Shown piece by piece: positions 28,001 to 32,000 of a DNA stretch of 32,000 nt. Origin of the DNA: Acaryochloris thomasi RCC1774 (GTDB lineage: Bacteria; Cyanobacteriota; Cyanobacteriia; Thermosynechococcales; Thermosynechococcaceae); contig NZ_PQWO01000013.1 in the NCBI RefSeq assembly GCF_003231495.1, forward strand, positions 120,001 to 152,000, in the 5' to 3' direction. Position numbers and translations under genes: made by a program. The notes beneath the pieces are model-generated. The model was given only the letters and a program-made list of their open reading frames with translations, was not told the DNA's origin and did no database searches. How positions within the stretch are numbered: the first letter of the stretch is position 1; each line of letters starts with the position of its first letter.

Positions 28001-29419
28001 GCCGTACACGATGTTGCGTTCATCATCAAAAGCGATGCCTTCGAACCCTCGGTTGTTGCGACGGTTCAAGTAAACTTCAGGGAGTGTTTCAGTCCCAAAC
28101 GTTCCGGCGGTCGCACCTGATTCGTCTTGGGCGGCAAAGCCAGTGGGCACAAATCGATCAATCAATACGCCTTCAGAGGAAAAGACATTGATAGAGGGTC
28201 CCTGTTCGTCAGCAACAAAGAGGTTACCGTTCGGGGCTCTGACAATGCCTTCGCTGTCTAGGCCAAAAGGGTCGTTGGGCAGTGGCTCACCTGTAGCCGG
28301 ATCAACGGGTACTTCAAAAAATCCTGGAATGTTTGGCAGTCCTGTGATGGGAACTTGGGCCCCGTCTACCTCACGGGTCAGGCCCAGGCGATCGACAACA
28401 GAAACCTGACCAGAGGCTTCATCTAACTCGAGTGTGAGGACGGTGACCTGAAGATCGGGAACCAAGAAAGGGCGATTGCTTGAATCAGGATCGGGCGTAT
28501 CAATCGTGCCACTAACGGGGCCACGATCATTAATAGCCAAGAACCGCGGATTACCGTTCTCTGGATTGACGCCATCGAAGGCGAGTCCCGACAGCCCACC
28601 TAGAAAAATGGGATTGCCATCAGCATCCGTTCCGATTTGAAAGGAGTCTGTTGTTAGGTCAGGAATATCAAAGGTTTCGAGCTGCGGCAATCCTCGACTA
28701 AAGTCTGTAACGCCCAGGGGTAGAATATCCACCAACTCGGCAGTTTCAAGATTGACCACTGCAATGGCATTGTTCTCTTGCAGCGTCACAAAGGCAGTGC
28801 TGCCATCGGGAGCGACAGAGATAAATTCAGGCTCTAAATCTTGAGCAACGGTGCGACCGGGGAAGATGCGAACACCGTCACCTCGCAAATCGTTCTCGCG
28901 TCCATTAAAGGCAGAGAAATCAGCCGTTGCTACGGTTGCACCCTCTACTCCCTCAGTTAGATCGATGATACTTATAGACCCTTCGGGATCGAAAGTCAGC
29001 AAATCATCGTCATCACCAACGGGTTCGCCCTCATTCGCCACTACTAGCCTGGTACCATTCGGCGTAAAGGTGACGGCGTCTGGCAAAACGCCGACTCCAA
29101 CGACATTCAAGAGGCTTAGGTCAGCTGCATCAAAGAAGGCAACCGTTCCAGTTTCGGTGGCTGTGACATCCTCTAGAGCGACAGCAACAACTCCATTGGC
29201 AACGGCAACGCTGTTAGGTCCACCGCTGAGGCTGACGTCAATCGCGTCAATGAGGGTCGGACGGGTTGGGTCTGAGAGATCAAGAACATCAATACCGTTA
29301 CTATCACCATTGACAACAAAGAGTCTTTGACTAACTGAGTCAAAGGCCACAATTTCAGCGGCGCTTTCATCGAAGACACCCGTCGCAAATGTACCAATTT
29401 GATTGAGTTCAATTGCCAT
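22100..29419 (-). CDS. Giant secreted multidomain protein: choice-of-anchor-I propeller with inserted phytase-like domain, ExeM/NucH-type EEP nuclease, 5'-nucleotidase/metallophosphatase, RTX array
   Basis: 2439-aa ORF starting at ATG 29417-29419, with no signal peptide. The choice-of-anchor-I N-part is aa 1-245 (FATGVFDESAAEIVAFD, LVVANEGEP, VTLQENNAIAVV). The phytase-like domain is aa ~270-645 (GGLSGLAFDG, NRGFEGIAFD, FYVIERDNE, LAVINDNDY). The choice-of-anchor-I C-part is aa ~660-920 (GGINIDNFPVFGLFQPD, FITANEGDGRD, GPEPEGLAVG, NEVSGSTTIFEI). The nuclease N-region plus EEP domain is aa 925-1537 (nt 24809-26647; IASYNVLNL, IIALQEIQDNDG, TGDLNTF, ASDHEPLV). The metallophosphatase plus 5'-nucleotidase C-domain is aa 1548-2225 (nt 22745-24778; LSAGDNYLAGP, AIGNHEFDLG, NGGGIRAPI). 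Fourteen RTX nonapeptides cover aa 2241-2366, followed by a 73-aa tail. Confidence 0.85.
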   Translation of the reverse strand: MAIELNQIGTFATGVFDESAAEIVAFDSVSQRLFVVNGDSNGIDVLDLSDPTRPTLIDAIDVSLSGGPNSVAVANGVVAVALEDVTATETGTVAFFDAADLSLLNVVGVGVLPDAVTFTPNGTRLVVANEGEPVGDDDDLLTFDPEGSISIIDLTEGVEGATVATADFSAFNGRENDLRGDGVRIFPGRTVAQDLEPEFISVAPDGSTAFVTLQENNAIAVVNLETAELVDILPLGVTDFSRGLPQLETFDIPDLTTDSFQIGTDADGNPIFLGGLSGLAFDGVNPENGNPRFLAINDRGPVSGTIDTPDPDSSNRPFLVPDLQVTVLTLELDEASGQVSVVDRLGLTREVDGAQVPITGLPNIPGFFEVPVDPATGEPLPNDPFGLDSEGIVRAPNGNLFVADEQGPSINVFSSEGVLIDRFVPTGFAAQDESGATAGTFGTETLPEVYLNRRNNRGFEGIAFDDERNIVYGFIQTPLSNPDTDTSNGSSILRILGIDPTTGEPVEEFVYVLQTPSLITTDSGIDFGDAEVDRIGDVVFAGNGQFYVIERDNEDIDTAQQRIFQIDLQGATNILGTDLSNATEGTTIEQLSPDELVAAGIQPVNKIQVTNLPSLGFSPSAQAEGLALLEDGRLAVINDNDYEGPGTSTQLGLISFDEATNGLDPSDEDGGINIDNFPVFGLFQPDTIASFDANGQTFFITANEGDGRDSFDDLTDIERVEDLTLDPEAFPDAANLQLEENLGRLEVSSVDGDIDGDGDFDQLFAFGSRSFSIRDALGNLVFDSGDQLERITAELLPEAFNSDNDENGSFDSRSNDSGPEPEGLAVGVVGDRTYAFIGLERIGGIVVFDVSDPANSEFVQYINNRDFTVDVELPDGTLNPAAGDLGPEGLLFISAEDSPNGSPLLVVGNEVSGSTTIFEIDDLGDGDGLTSISTIQGEGHVSTLVDSDVTTSGVVTAVAFNGFYLQDPTGDGNDNTSDGIFVFTGSTPDIAVGDQLEVAGTVGEFIPGGADTGNLSITQIASSEITVLSSGNALPEAVVIRQSGRSPSNTTVISDDELPVNLRDTADDAANTFDPENDAIDFFESIEGQRVTIEDAVTVSPTRVFGDFSAEAFTLPNQGATSDDPPNSRGGIPLNSGPDNTGDQNPERVQIQFDPTISGEEIPPALNVGDQLGDVTGVVGYSFGNFEVNVTGPVNVVTPGGLEQEVTTLTGSEDQLTIASYNVLNLTSTAAVEDDVTDPDARQRSLLAEQIVANLGSPDIIALQEIQDNDGASGGDNIAVSDASQTLQDLVDAIATSGGPTYEFFDVFADSSADESTIPQGGVPGGNIRNAFLYNPERVSLDSTEALTPANLESAGVSNPDALAGSRIPLAGTFSFNGEAVTVINNHFSSRFGSTPIFGGTQPFVQAAEAEREAQSLAINEYVDAALAAQSDANIVVTGDLNTFQFTNDLAEILPGTGDEQVLTNLVSQAEAGGDASTFIFDGNSQVLDHSFVSDSLLPEAKFDIVHVNNDFTRDDNAIEFNDTVVASDHEPLVSRLNIGTDAPASNFTLQILHASDLEGGVDAIGRAPNFAALIDNFEDQFENSITLSAGDNYLAGPFFNAAGDQAAFRDSGIFNDLYNGLFNLPADVDGDAIEDFYAGLREGGGRVDIAIMNLIGFDASAIGNHEFDLGSDTLADIIAPDFRDPGLEDDRNVGALFPYLSANLDFSGDEVLSELFTNEILTNTDFRTGPEQSLAGTEVPKIAPSTIIDEGGEQIGVIGATTQILDSISSPTGTTVIGPQENNMVALAETLQPEVDRLRDLGINKIVLVSHLQQIALEQELAGLLDGVDVIIAGGSDTLLADATDTLRPGDVADGDYPFETTDANGNPVLIVSTDGEYSYVGRLVLEFDAEGNVITDSVDSEVSGAYATTDEVVNEVYGTEGVEDAMAEGRPSAIASSTKATGVQQLTNAVSDVVAEQDGNVFGQTDVFIDGRRESVRTEETNIGNLTADANLAAAQAFDETVVLSLKNGGGIRAPIGEIDADGKELPPQANPVSGKEEGQISQLDIDNSLRFNNSLTLLTLTADQLLEVVEHSVAATEEGATPGQFSQISGVQFSFDPDADPGDRVQSLTITDADGNDIDTVVQGGELVGETSRTFRIVTLNFLADGGDGYPFPTGPEANRVDLPDVLTDAGAATFADPGTEQDVLAEYLATNFPADDDATTPAFSDAETDPAEDTRIQNLNFREDTVIDAPQVNEITGTNFSDVLIGTAESDAIEGLNGNDVIRGLLGDDFLLGNNGSDNIRGGAGHDTLLGGNGFDRLDGRRGDDVIEGGNGNDFILGGRGADLLSGGADRDQIAGNLGADTLIGGSGRDLLSGGRGADLFVLEVGQGRDFIRDFEMGQDALGLSDGLTVDQLGVSIQGGNTLIVFEEENQQLAVLSNVAAEVEDLTFQTFSSVV
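22322..22699 (-). repeat. RTX nonapeptide array, 14 uninterrupted in-phase units
   Basis: GTNFSDVLI GTAESDAIE GLNGNDVIR GLLGDDFLL GNNGSDNIR GGAGHDTLL GGNGFDRLD GRRGDDVIE GGNGNDFIL GGRGADLLS GGADRDQIA GNLGADTLI GGSGRDLLS GGRGADLFV (aa 2241-2366). Confidence 0.9.
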
Positions 29420-30059
29420 GGAAAACCTTTACCTATAGAAAAAGAAAAATTGAATTAACTGAATGCGCGATCAGATTCGCTTTTCCAACGCCGTTTTTCA
29501 GCACCGAACGGGAAAAGTTAAAACTAGACAACAACGTCCAAGTCAGAGACAGAGCAAGCTATCAGAAGCTCCAAACACTCCAGCAAAGAGACTCCTGCCG
29601 TCACAGAACCTTATTTCAGGCTCACGCTGCAGAGTGAGACTGAAGCAGGAAAGTAGAGAATCAGCGATTGCAGGCAAACAACCAGGAGGCTGATTAGAAA
29701 ACCTCAAAATATTTGTTAGTTCTTCAACTAATGAGCTGCAGCTAAATAAACGCTCAAGATTTACGCTGCTTAACACTCAGACTTGACCGCAGCCGAAATC
29801 CCCTTGATTAGATTCCCAAGGATATGTAAATACCAGGACAAGAAGAGATTAAGGCCAGCAGTATTTTCGTTTAAAGTTGGCTTAAGTCAGTCAATGCAAA
29901 GCTGAAAGTTCTGGGCAAGCAGCCTGAAGCAATCATGTTCAAAACGCAGCCGCCCCTAAATCTAAGCCATGCTTATTTTGACGGCGAAGCTGTCTAGCAA
30001 GAACAATTAGACCAGACAAGAGGGATGCAATAGAGAGTCTTTATGCTGAAATCTAAAAA

Positions 30060-30132
30060 TGGAGCTAAGCGGATTCGAACCGCTGACCCCCTGCATGCCA
30101 TGCAGGTGCTCTACCAACTGAGCTATAGCCCC
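30060..30132 (-). tRNA. tRNA-Ala (anticodon GGC)
   Basis: The minus strand reads GGGGCTA-TA-GCTC-AGTTGGTA-GAGC-A-CCTGC-ATGGCAT-GCAGG-GGGTC-AGCGG-TTCGAAT-CCGCT-TAGCTCC-A. This folds into a 73-nt cloverleaf with the G3:U70 Ala identity pair and the T-loop GTTCGAATC. CCA is not encoded, and the gene is followed by TTTTT. Confidence 0.95.
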
Positions 30133-30341
30133 AAGGAATATTCATCATGCCTTGAAAGCTGACATGCCGTCAAGAATGTGTCTAATCCTCGCCCCTCTCA
30201 ACACAAACAATAGCTTTTGTAAACGATTTAGATAAGAAAAGCTAATAAGCTTCATCAAAACAACTGATGTTTTTGGCTATGATTGAGGCATCCAGATGCG
30301 GGTGATGCATCATCTGCATGTTGTCACTGAGGAAGCAAGCC

Positions 30342-30488
30342 ATGAAACTCATGCAAATGCTCAATCAAGCGTTTCGCTATCTAACGGAAGCAATGGTGCG
30401 GACTTTTACGCCAGCAGAACATCACTATCCCGCAACAGGCGTTGTTCCATTTATGGGCGATGACTACGGGCAGTCGTGGGCTGATTAA
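30342..30488 (+). CDS. Small hypothetical protein (48 aa), below the ORF-track length cutoff
   Basis: ATG 30342 is preceded by GAGGA 8 nt upstream. The translation is MKLMQMLNQAFRYLTEAMVRTFTPAEHHYPATGVVPFMGDDYGQSWAD, ending at TAA 30486-30488. A strong hairpin follows 26 nt downstream. An alternative in-frame ATG lies at 30318. The call rests on ORF, RBS and hairpin only. Confidence 0.4.
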   Translation: MKLMQMLNQAFRYLTEAMVRTFTPAEHHYPATGVVPFMGDDYGQSWAD

Positions 30489-30513
30489 TCTGCTGTAGCC
30501 TGGAAGAGCTTAG

Positions 30514-30537
30514 CCTAGGGGGAGACTTTCCCCTAGG
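30514..30537 (+). terminator. Hairpin downstream of the 48-aa ORF
   Basis: CCTAGGGGGA (30514-30523), loop GACT, TTCCCCTAGG (30528-30537). This is 10 bp including one G-U pair. There is no U-tract after it. Confidence 0.35.
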
Positions 30538-30654
30538 ACAGACGTATAGCCGTCGCCAGCTGAGTTAGGACAGCACTTCTCCAGCGGACATCGTTTTCAA
30601 TTTTCCTAATGCCCTAATCAATATGTCAAAGACTATATTTTCAGGTTGTCTTCT

Positions 30655-31068
30655 ATGACAGAGGGATTAGTTTGGTCAGCTCTACTGCTGGTTTTTATCG
30701 GCTTGGGCTGGCTTGGCTGGCAAGAGTACCAAAAGGTAGAAGCCTACAAAACGTGGGCAGCGCAGTTTGAACGCAGTAAGTACGATATCTATGCTGTGCT
30801 GGGTCAAGCAGGAGAAACCTTGACTTGGGGGAAGCCCACGCGCAAGGGGCCGGTGGATCTTATCAGCTGTAGCTTTGCTGAAATTGAGGCTGTGCAGCTT
30901 CGTGTTGATAATCAGATTGTTGATTGGCAGCAGCCCCCTGAAGAGGGCAGCAAGGTTTTGATTGAGCTGATTTCGAAGACGCAGCCAGAGCCGATTCAGG
31001 TGCCGTTTACGGATGTTGCGATCGCAACCGACTGGGCAAAGTATTTACACCAAGCCGTGCAAAGTTAA
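30655..31068 (+). CDS. Hypothetical protein with an N-terminal transmembrane helix
   Basis: The ORF track starts at TTG 30646, but the ATG at 30655 (MTEGLVWSALLLVFIGLGWLGW...) is more plausible. It has one N-terminal hydrophobic helix followed by a soluble ~110-aa domain. I recognise no motif. Confidence 0.55.
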   Translation: MTEGLVWSALLLVFIGLGWLGWQEYQKVEAYKTWAAQFERSKYDIYAVLGQAGETLTWGKPTRKGPVDLISCSFAEIEAVQLRVDNQIVDWQQPPEEGSKVLIELISKTQPEPIQVPFTDVAIATDWAKYLHQAVQS

Positions 31069-31466
31069 CGCTTCAATACGCCCCAGCGTAGATATTTCCC
31101 TTGGATAGCCAGGTAACCAGCGGGAAGGCCACAGACAAGCAGACCAACCAAAGCTCGTCCCAGATGACCGTGGGTGAGACTGCCGCCAGCATGGGTTAGG
31201 TAGCCACAGAAAATAATGGTGCCGATCATGCGTAGAGTAATCGGGTGGCTCTTGGGGGAAAGAGACGAGATCGCAATCACCAAACAAAAAACCGCAAATC
31301 CATAAAAAGTATAGGAATCGGCCAACCCGTTTGGCTCGAGGGCCGTCAGAAAGAAACCAGCAGCGCAGACTAAAGCAATGACGGCAATGATGATGCGTGA
31401 ACCTGCACTCACTAAATTAAGCTCCCAAAATTTGAACATCTGCTGCTTTCGCAGCTCTTTGAACAC
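31065..31466 (-). CDS. Hypothetical integral membrane protein
   Basis: 133 aa with four hydrophobic segments (IIIAVIALVCAAGFFL; FYGFAVFCLVIAISSL; MIGTIIFCGYL; LVGLLVCGLPAGYLAI). It is convergent with the previous gene and overlaps it by 4 nt. I recognise no family. Confidence 0.5.
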   Translation of the reverse strand: MFKELRKQQMFKFWELNLVSAGSRIIIAVIALVCAAGFFLTALEPNGLADSYTFYGFAVFCLVIAISSLSPKSHPITLRMIGTIIFCGYLTHAGGSLTHGHLGRALVGLLVCGLPAGYLAIQGKYLRWGVLKR

Positions 31467-31659
31467 TTTGCTGCTCTCGCAGCTCGTATATTAGACTCAT
31501 CTTCACCATGAGTGTGCCCACAAATGTGATTGAGACTTACGAATCGGCAAATTTACCAATGCCAGGGATAATGTTAAGGGAGTAATGAAGACTCGTCCAG
31601 CAACCCGGAACGAGATCGCTCTTCTGTTACCGTAACCAGTAGTAGATTTCTCAATCAAT

Positions 31660-32000
31660 ATGGCTGAAGTTCTGTTATTTAATGCGCTGCGCGAAGCACT
31701 TGATGAAGAGATGGGGAAAGACCCGACCGTCATGGTAATGGGCGAGGATGTCGGCCATTACGGCGGCTCCTATAAAGTCACAAAAGGGCTATACGACAAA
31801 TATGGAGCCCTACGTGTCCTAGATACCCCCATCGCTGAAAACAGCTTCACCGGCATGGCTGTGGGTGCCGCCATGACAGGGCTAAAGCCAATCATCGAAG
31901 GCATGAACATGGGCTTCTTGCTCCTAGCCTTCAACCAAATCGCTAACAACGCCGGTATGCTGCGCTATACCTCCGGCGGTAACTTCAAGATCCCGATGGT
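31660..32000 (+). CDS. pdhB: Pyruvate dehydrogenase E1 component beta subunit, N-terminal part (runs off the window)
   Basis: This gene is not in the ORF track because no stop is reached. From ATG 31660 it reads [99 protein letters not shown]..., the canonical transketolase-like pyrimidine-binding domain of E1-beta. Confidence 0.9.
   Translation, partial: MAEVLLFNALREALDEEMGKDPTVMVMGEDVGHYGGSYKVTKGLYDKYGALRVLDTPIAENSFTGMAVGAAMTGLKPIIEGMNMGFLLLAFNQIANNAGMLRYTSGGNFKIPM

Noticed and set aside
29413-29776. Three overlapping 74-77-aa ORFs upstream of the 2439-aa gene.
   Set aside because: They overlap each other in different frames and strands, have no RBS or motifs, and lie in the expected promoter and 5' UTR region.
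15165-30132. The hypothesis that the two giant genes form a genomic island integrated at the 3' end of tRNA-Ala.
   Set aside because: The tRNA 3' end does face the locus. However, I found no integrase, no partial tRNA direct repeat at the distal boundary (15.2-15.5 kb) or in the spacer, and the genes contain HIP1 sites like the rest of the chromosome.
31503-31733. A 76-aa minus-strand ORF.
   Set aside because: It overlaps the unmistakable pdhB start (31660 onward) in antisense and has no motif support.

Overview
This is a cyanobacterial chromosomal window. The evidence is at least 14 perfect HIP1 palindromes (GCGATCGC), IsiA/Pcb-type antenna genes and typical cyanobacterial housekeeping genes. 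The flanks are ordinary: a partial TPR protein, PBP2, GlmM, a DUF502 protein, a coiled-coil membrane protein, Xaa-Pro aminopeptidase, a decayed redoxin pseudogene, GuaA, a tightly packed bioB-bioY-lspA string, tRNA-Ala(GGC), small hypotheticals and the start of pdhB. Two regions deserve attention. (1) At 12.8-15.2 kb sits a tandem pair of divergent IsiA/Pcb (CP43-prime) antenna genes. The second carries an unusual basic Gly/Lys/Arg/Asn-rich N-terminal tail encoded by degenerate 12-nt tandem repeats. (2) At 15.5-29.4 kb two co-oriented giant genes (1877 and 2439 aa) are separated by a roughly 1 kb AT-rich spacer. Neither protein has an N-terminal signal peptide, and a visual scan found no Cys in either. 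Each ends in an uninterrupted RTX nonapeptide array (12 and 14 units) followed by a homologous 73-aa C-terminal module, which is a type I secretion substrate signature. Upstream of the RTX array, each protein fuses several phosphoester-hydrolysing domains. The first has 2x alkaline-phosphatase fold, a phytase-like propeller and GDPD. The second has choice-of-anchor-I, a phytase-like propeller, an ExeM/NucH-type EEP nuclease and a 5'-nucleotidase/metallophosphatase. Two of the domains appear nested inside other domains, and several canonical His metal ligands are replaced. I read this as a secreted, Ca-dependent phosphorus-scavenging locus. All domain calls rest on by-eye motif recognition. No database search was possible, so novelty is unverified.
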